Source: Candidatus Daviesbacteria bacterium RIFCSPHIGHO2_01_FULL_40_11 (GTDB lineage Bacteria; Patescibacteriota; Microgenomatia; Daviesbacterales; UBA10151). From it: a stretch of DNA of 47,176 nucleotides. The position numbers and the translations under genes are program-made. Of the stretch, positions 1 to 8,776 are shown one piece after another. The stretch is taken from NCBI GenBank assembly GCA_001776635.1, contig MFCP01000004.1, forward strand, positions 1,124 to 48,299, given 5' to 3'. Every line of letters starts with the position of its first letter. Position 1 is the stretch's first letter. The notes beneath the pieces were generated by a model that was not told where the DNA came from, made no database searches, and saw only the letters and a list, made by a program, of their open reading frames with translations.

Positions 1-2898
1 ATGGAAGAGCAACCAGCAGAACCTCTAAGATCTCCTGAAGGTCCAAGGGAAGTATTAGGACGGATGATAGCGAACGAGCGTTTAGCGGACAATATGAATG
101 TTCCCACCTTACTCCAAGATCTTCACCTTTTTATTAAAATAGGGACAAAAGGCCCTAATACTTTAGATTATTTAAGACGCGTTGGTAACGATAAGCGGAT
201 CAGAATAGCATTGCTTGAGGAAATTGATAGAAGTGATGGGTTAAAGGATGGCAAAAAGGTACTCGAGGGCATTGAACTTGCCCATTTTTTTGGGATGGAT
301 AAATTGCCGAAAACTTCAAAATATTTTTCTTATCTTAAAAATGAGTATAAACCTAAAAAAAGATCAGGCTTAAAAAGAAAAATGGTACTTGCAACTGGTG
401 CAGGACTCATCGCAGCAGCATCCATTGCAAGTACAGGAGGTCCTGCAGCACCGATTGGTAAGTTTTTAGGTGAATTGTCAAAAGGGCAATCCACTTCCCA
501 AAAGGGTCCTTCAACACAGTCTCCAGTAAAGCTTGAAACAAAACCAGCTACAGCCCTAAAGGCGCCGGAAAATCTTTTAAACGAATTTATCAAACCTTTT
601 GCCGAAGAAGCAATGGAAAGGCGAAAACAATGGGCAGAGTCTGACCCGGAATATCGACATATGATTGATAAGGAGTTAAACGAAAATCGTCTTAATGTGG
701 TCGTGTTTGGTTATGGAGAAGAACATGGTGAAACTTATGAGGATTACGGTGGTGCTCCGTCTATACTTTCCCTTGATTTAAAAACAGGCAAGATAGCTAT
801 AGTACACTTCAGCCGTGATATCCGCACACCAGATCTGGAACGATTGTTACCAGAAGGACAACGCCAGCCAATAGCATTACGGAGTCTCTACAGAATAGGC
901 GGTACCGGTGAAAAAGGATTTAATCAAATGCGCCATGTCATTGGCAGAATGTCCGGTTTGATAGCCGATTATCAACTGGTCATGAAAGATGTGGTTTTAC
1001 GCGATATTATTGCTCAACTCGCTGATGGTAATCTGGAGATTGATGCACCAAAAGATCATAACACCCAACCCTTTAGGTTAGATCGTGTGCAATATGGAGA
1101 CGATTTGATCCAAAAAGGAAAACAAAATATGAGTACCATGCAACTGATGCGCTACATATTGGCAGAAGATAAAAATCCCCAGGGAAAAGAAGATGAAAGA
1201 AGTTATCGGAAAAATCAAGTAACAGAAGCTTTAATTAAAATCATGAGGGATAAATTTAGGGAAAAATCACTACTTGAAAAAGTGGCTTACTTAAACCAAA
1301 TTAAAAGTTTGATTGAAGGAGAAATCAAAAATAAGAACCTAGAGTTAGAATTTGATCTAAATATAATGTCAAGAGCATTTGAGGGAATATTCGGAATAAC
1401 CGGTAGATTCTTGGATAACTGGGGACAAAACATTGAGTTTACTGTTCCAGAGGTAGATAGAAACAAAGAAATAGTTTTCCATGATCCTTCTTTCGGAGAT
1501 GGTAGCGTCACAAGAGTGCACAATATCTTTAATCACCCAAATTATAATGGCAGAACAGATAACCCTAGGCTTCTGGAAGAAGTGAGGGCGAAAAAACTAC
1601 CTGACTGGATGTTGATTCCGGATGAAGGAAACCCTTATTCCAACGACTTGGTCAAGGATTATTGGCAATCAATTAGGGAAAAGGTTAAAAAGACATTAAT
1701 TAACACAGCAGCTTCGTCCCCCTCAACTCCCACCAAAATCCCAACTCCATCTCCAACCGCCACCTCTACTGCCACTCCCCGTCCCACCGAAACTCCAACT
1801 CCAAAACCCACCCCCACTCCTGAAGTTAAAACCTTTAAAAAAGATATCCTCAGAGAACAATTAACCCCAATTATTTATAGCAAAATCGAACAGATCAGGG
1901 CGGAACGGGCGGCGCAAGACCCCGAATATTACAATAGGATAAACAAGGAATTAAACGAGGGAAAAATTAATATCCTTATTACCGGCGGCAGAGAGGATGA
2001 CCCTTTAACAGACTCTATCCAATTATTTTCGTGGGATCCCAACACCAACACTCTTTATGCCGTCGCCTTCCCGAGGGATTTACAATCCCCTGAGGTATTA
2101 AATAAAACAAAAGATCCGACTAATTCAAGGATAAACCAGGCTTTAGGCAAAGGCGGCCCAGAGCTTTTAAGATTAGCCATAGAAAATGCCACTGCTCTAT
2201 CAGTTGACCTTTATATGCATACCAATTTCGATGTCTTAAAAGATGTCATAAATAAAACAATTGGCACGATCGACATCGAATTTGATAAGGATATTGTCGA
2301 CAATGCATATCCTACCGAAGATAATGGAATCAAAAGAATATTCTACCCTAAAGGCAAAAATACACTAACAGGAGAACAGGCTCTTGAAACAGCCAGAACA
2401 AGACATGGTGACAACGACTACGAAAGAGCCAAAAGGCAGCAAAAAATAATTGAAGCTTTAATTAGAAAAATATTCTCTGAAAATATTTTGAATCAAGCCC
2501 GCTATTTATATACCATGAGGGATATTTGGTATCAAAAGGTGCACGAAAGCGGAACATTAAAACCGGATTTTGATTTAGACGATTTATTTTTCCATGATCT
2601 AAAAAGGGTTATTGAGCAAATTCCCCAAATGGCTTGGGATAAGCTTATCAAAGGAGTCAAGGTGGCAGAAATACCAACAATTTTTGCAACCGGCATATCC
2701 AGTAAAAACTTTGTTGTAGGAGCAGGTGTCCCAAGGCTTTCGATCACTAAAATTAGCGGTGGCAACCCAAATACTTCCAATCCCAGAAGGGATTATTGGC
2801 AAAGAACAAGGACTTTTGCCGAAAAATTCATAACAGAAAATGCCGGCGAACCGCCTGATGAAAAAGAAATTACAATAGAGATTCCGACAGAGGAATAA
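1..2898 (+). CDS. membrane-anchored protein with two tandem LytR-CpsA-Psr (LCP)-like domains joined by a Pro/Thr-rich linker
   Basis: 965-aa ORF beginning at window base 1, so 5' completeness cannot be judged. One TM segment (VLATGAGLIAAASIASTGG). The second domain has LCP-type motifs (INILITGGRED, DSIQLFSWD, AFPRD, ARTRHGDNDYERAKRQQKII). The first domain has the same layout (LNVVVFGYGEE, ILSLDLKTGKIAIVHFSRD) but degenerate Arg motifs. PT-rich linker at about nt 1708-1822. Confidence 0.6.
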   Translation: MEEQPAEPLRSPEGPREVLGRMIANERLADNMNVPTLLQDLHLFIKIGTKGPNTLDYLRRVGNDKRIRIALLEEIDRSDGLKDGKKVLEGIELAHFFGMDKLPKTSKYFSYLKNEYKPKKRSGLKRKMVLATGAGLIAAASIASTGGPAAPIGKFLGELSKGQSTSQKGPSTQSPVKLETKPATALKAPENLLNEFIKPFAEEAMERRKQWAESDPEYRHMIDKELNENRLNVVVFGYGEEHGETYEDYGGAPSILSLDLKTGKIAIVHFSRDIRTPDLERLLPEGQRQPIALRSLYRIGGTGEKGFNQMRHVIGRMSGLIADYQLVMKDVVLRDIIAQLADGNLEIDAPKDHNTQPFRLDRVQYGDDLIQKGKQNMSTMQLMRYILAEDKNPQGKEDERSYRKNQVTEALIKIMRDKFREKSLLEKVAYLNQIKSLIEGEIKNKNLELEFDLNIMSRAFEGIFGITGRFLDNWGQNIEFTVPEVDRNKEIVFHDPSFGDGSVTRVHNIFNHPNYNGRTDNPRLLEEVRAKKLPDWMLIPDEGNPYSNDLVKDYWQSIREKVKKTLINTAASSPSTPTKIPTPSPTATSTATPRPTETPTPKPTPTPEVKTFKKDILREQLTPIIYSKIEQIRAERAAQDPEYYNRINKELNEGKINILITGGREDDPLTDSIQLFSWDPNTNTLYAVAFPRDLQSPEVLNKTKDPTNSRINQALGKGGPELLRLAIENATALSVDLYMHTNFDVLKDVINKTIGTIDIEFDKDIVDNAYPTEDNGIKRIFYPKGKNTLTGEQALETARTRHGDNDYERAKRQQKIIEALIRKIFSENILNQARYLYTMRDIWYQKVHESGTLKPDFDLDDLFFHDLKRVIEQIPQMAWDKLIKGVKVAEIPTIFATGISSKNFVVGAGVPRLSITKISGGNPNTSNPRRDYWQRTRTFAEKFITENAGEPPDEKEITIEIPTEE

Positions 2899-2916
2899 AG
2901 AACTCTTTATCTAAAA

Positions 2917-2946
2917 TTGGACATAATCTTAGCTAAAAGATAAAAT
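2917..2946 (+). promoter_or_regulatory. sigma-70-like promoter for recG, leaderless geometry
   Basis: TTGGAC-18 nt-TAAAAT, with the -10 box ending 7 nt before the ATG at 2954. No SD. Confidence 0.45.
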
Positions 2947-2953
2947 CCTCATT

Positions 2954-5074
2954 ATGGATCCTAAAACTCCGCTTTCGCAAGTTACAGGAATTGGACCTGG
3001 GCTTTTGTATAAACTTAAAAGGCTCAATTTAAATACTGTTCAGGATTTAATTTATCATTTTCCCTTTAGGTATGATGATTTTTCCAATGCTACCTCAGCA
3101 CTGGAAGCCAAAATAGGGGAGTCTGTTACATTGCAGGGGGAAATTTGGTCTATCCAGAATATTTACACCAGGTCCAGAAAAATCATCACCAAAGCCATCT
3201 TTAATGACGGCACCTCACCAATAGAACTGACCTGGTTTAACTCTTCCTGGCTGACTAAGCAAATTCAAACTGGGGACAGGTTACAGGTTTCAGGAAAGAT
3301 AGCCAAGTACAAAAGTAAGCTTTCGATAATAGCTCCACGCTGGGAGAAACTTGACACCGAGAAACAGCTTCCCACTCGTCAAGTGGGAACACAAAGTTTG
3401 CATACCGGGCGACTGGTTCCTATCTATCCTGAAACCGAAGGCTTAAGTTCCAAATGGCTGCGGACAAAAATAGACCAGCTACTGCCCCAAGTTATAAATC
3501 AAATTAGCGATCCCATGCCGGATGAAATCAGAAACGGCATGCTGCTGCTTGCTCCGGCCATCCAACAAATCCACTTCCCAAAAGACTTCGAACAGGCAGA
3601 AAAAGCTAGAGATAGGTTGGGATTTGATGAGCTGTTTTTTGTTTCTTTAGCCACCCAAAAAGCCCGTTTAGAATGGAGCAAAAAACCGCTGGTTGAGCCC
3701 TTAAAAATCAAATTAGACCAATTGGACCAATTTATAAAGAAGTTACCCTTTGAATTAACCTCTGCCCAGCAGAAAGTTTTAAAAGAAATCCTGGAAGACC
3801 TTAAAAAAAATCAGCCTATGAATAGGTTAATCCAGGGAGAAGTAGGCTCAGGCAAAACAGTCGTCGCCACCATTATTGCATACTTGGTGCACAAGAATAA
3901 TCTTCGAACCTTATTTATGGCTCCCACGGAAATTCTGGCATTCCAACACTTTGAGACACTTTCCACACTTCTCGCACCATTCGGACTGACGGTAGGAATC
4001 TATACAGGAAGCAAAAAATTTACCCGTGTTGTCATTCCGAGGGAGCGAAGCGACCATGGGAATCTTCCACGAACTGGGAAGATTGCTTCGCTAATAGCTC
4101 GCAATGACGTTTCTTTACCCGACATTATCATTGGCACCCATGCCCTTCTTTCCGAAAAACTTTCCACCGAGAATGTCGGTCTTGTCATCATAGACGAACA
4201 ACAGCGCTTTGGCGTAGAACAAAGGACCCTCCTTCGCGGAAAAGCCAAAATCCCGCATTTTCTGACCATGACAGCCACTCCCATACCGAGAACTGTGGCA
4301 TTAACCCTCTATGGTGATTTAGATATGTCCGTCATTGACGAACTGCCTGAAGGACGTCAGAAAGTTAAAACATATCTGGTACCGGAAAAAAAGAGGCTAG
4401 ATTCTTATAAATTTATCGCCAAGAAAGTGGCGGCGGGGGATCAAGTCTATATCATTACGCCTTTGATTGAAGCTTCGGAAACCCTCTCCACAGTCAAAGC
4501 CGCCAAGGTGGAATTTGAGAAACTAAAAAAGATTTTTCCCGACCTTAAATTAGACCTACTCCATGGCAGGATGAAAGGAACCGACAAGGAGCATGTCATC
4601 GGGGATTTCCGCTCTGGCAAAACGAATATTTTAGTTTCCACCTCTGTGGTAGAAGTGGGCATGGACAACCCTAATGCCACAATTATCGTGATTGAAGGGG
4701 CGGAACGTTTTGGGTTAGCCCAGCTTCATCAACTCAGAGGCAGAGTCGGCAGGGGCAGAAAAGAATCTTATTGTTTGCTCTACACATCAAATTATTCAAG
4801 CGATGAAAGAAGAAGATTGAAATACCTAGAAACTACCTTTGACGGCTTGAGGCTAGCTGAGTTGGATTTAAAAATCCGCGGCAGCGGGCAAATTTTTGGA
4901 ACTGCCCAATCCGGCAGGTTTGAGTTTAAAATAGCGAACTTTTCTAATATCACATTGCTAGAAAAGACTAAACAGGCAGCGAAGGATTTGTTGATTCAAG
5001 ATCCTACTCTTGACAAATACCCGTTACTCAGGGCAAAATTACAGGAAATCGCATCAGAAGTGATGCCTGATTAA
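2954..5074 (+). CDS. recG: ATP-dependent DNA helicase RecG
   Basis: 706 aa. Walker A GEVGSGKT, DEQQRFGV (motif II), TATPIPRT, and C-terminal helicase motifs QLHQLRGRVGRG. The N-terminal wedge-type region is of the usual length. Confidence 0.9.
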   Translation: MDPKTPLSQVTGIGPGLLYKLKRLNLNTVQDLIYHFPFRYDDFSNATSALEAKIGESVTLQGEIWSIQNIYTRSRKIITKAIFNDGTSPIELTWFNSSWLTKQIQTGDRLQVSGKIAKYKSKLSIIAPRWEKLDTEKQLPTRQVGTQSLHTGRLVPIYPETEGLSSKWLRTKIDQLLPQVINQISDPMPDEIRNGMLLLAPAIQQIHFPKDFEQAEKARDRLGFDELFFVSLATQKARLEWSKKPLVEPLKIKLDQLDQFIKKLPFELTSAQQKVLKEILEDLKKNQPMNRLIQGEVGSGKTVVATIIAYLVHKNNLRTLFMAPTEILAFQHFETLSTLLAPFGLTVGIYTGSKKFTRVVIPRERSDHGNLPRTGKIASLIARNDVSLPDIIIGTHALLSEKLSTENVGLVIIDEQQRFGVEQRTLLRGKAKIPHFLTMTATPIPRTVALTLYGDLDMSVIDELPEGRQKVKTYLVPEKKRLDSYKFIAKKVAAGDQVYIITPLIEASETLSTVKAAKVEFEKLKKIFPDLKLDLLHGRMKGTDKEHVIGDFRSGKTNILVSTSVVEVGMDNPNATIIVIEGAERFGLAQLHQLRGRVGRGRKESYCLLYTSNYSSDERRRLKYLETTFDGLRLAELDLKIRGSGQIFGTAQSGRFEFKIANFSNITLLEKTKQAAKDLLIQDPTLDKYPLLRAKLQEIASEVMPD
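4031..4108. repeat. GC-rich imperfect palindromic element embedded in frame in recG
   Basis: The arms are gtcattccgagggagcgaagcgaccatgggaatcttcc and ggaagattgcttcgctaatagctcgcaatgac, and the loop is acgaactg. The arms share the blocks gtcatt, gag, cgaagc and aatcttcc as reverse complements. The element is 78 nt (26 codons). Confidence 0.7.
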
Positions 5075-5084
5075 TCCATTACCT

Positions 5085-5279
5085 ATGGCTTCGGAACCAA
5101 AAAGAAGACATTCTAAAGCAAGAAAGCGGGTGAGAAGAGCCGCTATTAATTTAGCAGTCAATCTAGTAGCCTGCAAAAACTGCGGAAAATTAACTGTACC
5201 CCACACTGTCTGTAAAGAGTGTGGATTTTATGGCGGGAAGGCTGTTGCAAAAGAAAAAGTCCAAGTCACCAAGGCATGA
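5085..5279 (+). CDS. rpmF: 50S ribosomal protein L32
   Basis: 64 aa. Basic N-terminus (PKRRHSKARKRVRR) and a CxxC...CxxC zinc ribbon (CKNCG...CKECG). Confidence 0.9.
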   Translation: MASEPKRRHSKARKRVRRAAINLAVNLVACKNCGKLTVPHTVCKECGFYGGKAVAKEKVQVTKA

Positions 5280-5641
5280 AAAGAAAATCTGACCCAAGGC
5301 ACCTGCGAAGAGTAAAACTCATGCAGGAGTTATTTTCCTGGGAATTCAAGCGCGATCGGAAACCGGCAAGTAAAATCCAAGAAATAATCTCCAAACTCCC
5401 CAAAATCGATGCTCTGATTACCAAATCCGCGCCTGACCGGCCGATTAACCAAATCAATAAGATTGATTTAGCTATCTTGCGTCTTGCAGTTTTTGAGATT
5501 ATATTAGATAAAGGGATACCTCCAAAGGTAGCAATTGATGAAGCGGTAGAATTGGGGAAAGAGTATGGCTCTGATTCCTCAGCCAGCTTTATCAACGGCG
5601 CTTTAGGAAGATTAATCGAAATCGAAAGGATCAAGACGTGA
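5276..5641 (+). CDS. nusB: transcription antitermination factor NusB
   Basis: NusB-like helices (DLAILRLAVFEIIL, PPKVAIDEAVELGKEYGSDSSASFINGALG). Start moved to the ATG at 5276, which overlaps the rpmF stop (ATGA). The ORF-track start at 5219 lies inside rpmF. Confidence 0.8.
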   Translation: MKRKSDPRHLRRVKLMQELFSWEFKRDRKPASKIQEIISKLPKIDALITKSAPDRPINQINKIDLAILRLAVFEIILDKGIPPKVAIDEAVELGKEYGSDSSASFINGALGRLIEIERIKT

Positions 5642-5874
5642 ATCAAGAAGCTAAAATCATACAAGCAATTGCTGAACATTTGGGTCTTTCTGTGGAAGAT
5701 TTGGACCGACATGCCTCCTTAAGAGAGGAGTTGAATTTAGGTCCAATTGAATTAAACGATCTGCTCTCCGATTTATCCCGAAAGTTTGATGTTAGTTTCA
5801 ATCAGGAAGAGATAGAAAACTTAAAAAGGATAGACGATATAATTGTTCTTATTGAAGATAATTTATTAGAATAA
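5638..5874 (+). CDS. acyl-carrier-protein-like four-helix protein lacking the phosphopantetheine-attachment serine
   Basis: 78 aa with a GTG start overlapping the nusB stop. It aligns by eye to AcpP ([34 protein letters not shown] versus AIAEHLGL..ASLREELNLGPIELNDLLSDLSRKFD). The DSL serine position is Pro (GPI). Confidence 0.6.
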   Translation: MNQEAKIIQAIAEHLGLSVEDLDRHASLREELNLGPIELNDLLSDLSRKFDVSFNQEEIENLKRIDDIIVLIEDNLLE

Positions 5875-6566
5875 TGTCAAACAATGATTTTACCCAGCTT
5901 CTGCGCCTACTTGATATAAGATTTAAAAATCCAAAACTGCTTGAGCAAGCTTTCTTACACAGATCATATTTAAATGAAGTCAAAATGGATATGCAATCTA
6001 ATGAACGCTTGGAATTCTTGGGTGATTCGGTACTATCTCTGGTAATCTCTTATTACCTCTATGCTTTGAGGGTTACGGATTCCGAGGGTGAGTTAACTAA
6101 TCTACGGGCTCATCTAGTAAAAACCAAATCATTAGCAGAGGCTGCAGGAAGACTAAATTTGGGAAAATATTTAAAGCTCTCTAAAGGAGAAGAGATTTCA
6201 GGAGGAAGAAATAATCCGCAAATCCTGGCAAACACTTATGAAGCGCTTTTGGGAAGTTTATTTTTGGATGCCGGTTTAGAGGTTGTCAAAGGAGTTATCG
6301 AAAAAACACTCCTACCTCTTTTTGAAAAAGAGCTAAAATTGGGCCCGCCAAAAGATGCAAAATCTTCCTTACAAGAAGTTGTTCAACAAAAATTAAAGTT
6401 GTCTCCGCATTACAAAATTTTGCAAACCCACGGACCGGACCACGCAAAACAATTTATTGTAGCAGTATTTGTAGGCGGAAAAGAGATGGGTCGAGGTAGG
6501 GGGAATAGTAAACAAATTGCCGAAGAACAAGCAGCCAAACAGGCTTTGCAGATTATCGAAGATTGA
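5874..6566 (+). CDS. rnc: ribonuclease III
   Basis: 230 aa. RNase III signature ERLEFLGDSVL, catalytic NTYEALLGSLFLD, and a C-terminal dsRBD (GPDHAKQF...GNSKQIAEEQAAKQAL). Confidence 0.9.
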   Translation: MSNNDFTQLLRLLDIRFKNPKLLEQAFLHRSYLNEVKMDMQSNERLEFLGDSVLSLVISYYLYALRVTDSEGELTNLRAHLVKTKSLAEAAGRLNLGKYLKLSKGEEISGGRNNPQILANTYEALLGSLFLDAGLEVVKGVIEKTLLPLFEKELKLGPPKDAKSSLQEVVQQKLKLSPHYKILQTHGPDHAKQFIVAVFVGGKEMGRGRGNSKQIAEEQAAKQALQIIED

Positions 6567-6592
6567 CTTAAGATCCTCTTATACCATATACT
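6563..6592 (+). promoter_or_regulatory. sigma-70-like promoter for rpsP, leaderless geometry
   Basis: TTGACT-18 nt-TATACT, with the -10 box ending 7 nt before the ATG at 6600. No SD. Confidence 0.5.
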
Positions 6593-6599
6593 TATCCCC

Positions 6600-7145
6600 A
6601 TGTTAAAAATCCGTTTAATGAGAATAGGAGCCAAAAAGAAACCATTCTACCGGGTGGTTGTTGTTGATGAAAGGGCAAAAAGGACAGGTGCTTATATTGA
6701 ACTGCTGGGTACTTATAACCCTTTAACAGAGCCGAAAGATATTAAACTAAAACAAGATCGGATTGACTATTGGGTCAAACAGGGAGCTCAATTATCTCAC
6801 GGATTTTTGCGGATAATTGGTAAAGCCCCCCAAAGGCCTCCCAGAAAGCCGAAGAAAGAGAAGAAAACAGAGTCGTCAGCTATCAGCGACCAGACTTCAG
6901 AAAAAACAGCTCAAAAAGAGGAACCAGTAGAGGAAGTTGTGGGAGAAGAGACGAAGGAGGCGAAGTCTGAGTCGAACGAAGCAATCAGTGAAGTTGAACA
7001 CACCACAGAAGCTAATGAATCGAGTGAGGAGCAAGGCGCGAAACAAACTCATAGCGAGCCTCGTGGAGAGGCGAGCGGTGCTTCGCGACCAGACGAGCCG
7101 ACGACCATCGAAGAAAACGGGGAAAAAGATGAAAGACCTGCTTAA
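6600..7145 (+). CDS. rpsP: 30S ribosomal protein S16 with a roughly 90-aa acidic C-terminal extension
   Basis: The N-terminal 85-90 aa are canonical S16 ([41 protein letters not shown]). The remainder is a Glu/Ser/Lys-rich low-complexity tail. Confidence 0.9.
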   Translation: MLKIRLMRIGAKKKPFYRVVVVDERAKRTGAYIELLGTYNPLTEPKDIKLKQDRIDYWVKQGAQLSHGFLRIIGKAPQRPPRKPKKEKKTESSAISDQTSEKTAQKEEPVEEVVGEETKEAKSESNEAISEVEHTTEANESSEEQGAKQTHSEPRGEASGASRPDEPTTIEENGEKDERPA

Positions 7146-7389
7146 TTTTATTGTCACCAGTTTAGTCACCAAACCGGAAGCTGTTGTAATTGATGAACAA
7201 AGAGAAGATGGAACGGTCAACCTTAATCTAACAGTTGATCAATCTGATATGGGACTTATTATTGGTAAAAGCGGACAAACAATAAGGGCGATCCGCAAGC
7301 TATTAACAGTAAGAGCCATTGCTGAAAATATTAGAATAAATCTTCAATTGACTGAACCTCAACCTGCCAGTCAAGCATCATCAGAATAG
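7129..7389 (+). CDS. KH-domain RNA-binding protein (YlqC/UPF0109-like)
   Basis: GxxG KH motif ([16 protein letters not shown]). It occupies the conserved position between rpsP and trmD. Start set at the ATG at 7129; the longer track ORF from 6937 is an out-of-frame overlap of the rpsP tail. Confidence 0.75.
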   Translation: MKDLLNFIVTSLVTKPEAVVIDEQREDGTVNLNLTVDQSDMGLIIGKSGQTIRAIRKLLTVRAIAENIRINLQLTEPQPASQASSE

Positions 7390-7404
7390 TCATGTTGGAG
7401 CGAT

Positions 7405-8067
7405 ATGAAACTTTCAATCATTACCTTATTTCCCGAAGTTTTCCATCCAATCTTGAATTCCTCCATCCTTAAACGGGCTCAAGAAAAAGGCTTGGTAAAT
7501 TTTAAACTAATTAATCTCCGTGATTTTGGCGAAGGTAAACACCAACAAGTTGATGACAGACCGTACGGTGGGGGAGCGGGAATGGTACTTCGAGCCGATA
7601 TATTGACCAAAGCTGTTCACAAAGTACGTTCCCACAAAATAATCCTTATGTCTGCTTCCGGGAAACCTTACAAACAGACTAAGGCGCGTGAGTTTTCCAA
7701 GTTAAAACACCTCATCATTGTCTGTGGACATTACGAGGGGATTGACCAAAGATTTATTGACAAATACGTTGACGAGGAAATCAGTATAGGTGATTATGTT
7801 CTAACCGGAGGCGAGGTCCCTGCCATGGTTATTATTGATTCCATTACCAGACTTATTCCCGGAGTCCTGCAAAAACCTGAAGCAATCATCAATGAATCTT
7901 TTTCCGAAGGACTACTTGAATACCCGCAATACACCAGACCCGAGGAATTCGAAGGAGAAAAGGTACCCGAGGTCTTATTGTCAGGAAACCATGCTGAGAT
8001 AAAGAAATGGCGATCCCAAAAATCCCTGGAAAAAACCAAAAAAATTAGGCCCGATTTACTAAAGTAA
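7405..8067 (+). CDS. trmD: tRNA (guanine37-N1)-methyltransferase TrmD
   Basis: 220 aa. TrmD motifs DDRPYGGGAGMVL, CGHYEGIDQR, GDYVLTGGE, LLSGNHAEIKKWR. Confidence 0.9.
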   Translation: MKLSIITLFPEVFHPILNSSILKRAQEKGLVNFKLINLRDFGEGKHQQVDDRPYGGGAGMVLRADILTKAVHKVRSHKIILMSASGKPYKQTKAREFSKLKHLIIVCGHYEGIDQRFIDKYVDEEISIGDYVLTGGEVPAMVIIDSITRLIPGVLQKPEAIINESFSEGLLEYPQYTRPEEFEGEKVPEVLLSGNHAEIKKWRSQKSLEKTKKIRPDLLK

Positions 8068-8077
8068 GATACAAAAC

Positions 8078-8776
8078 TTATTCGAATGGATTAGATTTAC
8101 CCCTTGGTAGCGATTGTGTAGCTGAAGGACTTGAAACTGTTTCTTCTAACCTCGCAAGTTTCGCAATTAATTGCTCATCTTTTTGGCTAAGCTCGGGCAA
8201 AGGAGAATCTACACCTCCAAAGCTTTGAGGCAGTTGGGAATATAAAACTTCTGCCGCCAAAGCTACATCAAGAGCTTGAGAGGTTTGGCTAGATGAAATA
8301 TCAATACTACTTATTCTCATCAAACGGCGTGAGCTTTCTAAATTATTGATAAGAGTTCGAAAACTACTCTTGGCTCCTCTAATCTCTAAGTTAACCTTAA
8401 AGCTATCCGAATCACCTAATTTAGAAGCGGTACTGCCGAAGGAAATTGAATTGATGCTAAATCCGGATCGGGCAGCCAATTGCTGCAATAATCCCAAAGC
8501 ATTTACAAAGTCTTTATCTGCGGGAAGAGTCGCTAAGGCAAACCCAACTTTACGAGACAAATCTTTTTCGTCATAGCTTTCTAAAGCAGCAACCTTAGTT
8601 TCTAAAAATCTCGATTTATTCATTAAATCACCAATTGCTCTCTGATTATTTATTAATTTAAGCGTCTGAGGATAAATCACAAATATGATTAAAAAAAGAC
8701 TTGATAGTGCGACGATTACCGGAAAGATATACAATCTATGGTTCGAATAAAATTTAATCAAGTTTTCTTTCTTCAT
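8078..8776 (-). CDS. type IV pilus assembly protein PilO-like
   Basis: 232 aa. N-terminal TM segment followed by a coiled-coil. It lies immediately downstream of pilN and overlaps it by 4 nt. The call is made by position and topology rather than by strong motifs. Confidence 0.55.
   Translation of the reverse strand: MKKENLIKFYSNHRLYIFPVIVALSSLFLIIFVIYPQTLKLINNQRAIGDLMNKSRFLETKVAALESYDEKDLSRKVGFALATLPADKDFVNALGLLQQLAARSGFSINSISFGSTASKLGDSDSFKVNLEIRGAKSSFRTLINNLESSRRLMRISSIDISSSQTSQALDVALAAEVLYSQLPQSFGGVDSPLPELSQKDEQLIAKLARLEETVSSPSATQSLPRGKSNPFE

Noticed and set aside
1708-1822. Pro/Thr-rich and Ser/Pro-rich tracts (1708-1822 and 46144-46200), considered as hypervariable or repeat-mediated switching regions.
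   Set aside because: At the nucleotide level these are degenerate low-complexity sequence without exact tandem units. They are most simply flexible extracellular linkers.
5219-5275. Upstream extensions of ORFs in the track: nusB from 5219, KH protein from 6937, pilin from 16795, pilin from 15882, giant pilus protein from 12298, orphan gene from 25897, and ureohydrolase-like gene from 36193.
   Set aside because: These extensions overlap the preceding gene in another frame or run through promoter-like elements. The internal starts give canonical N-termini (for example the class III signal peptides) and/or sit at stop-start overlaps.
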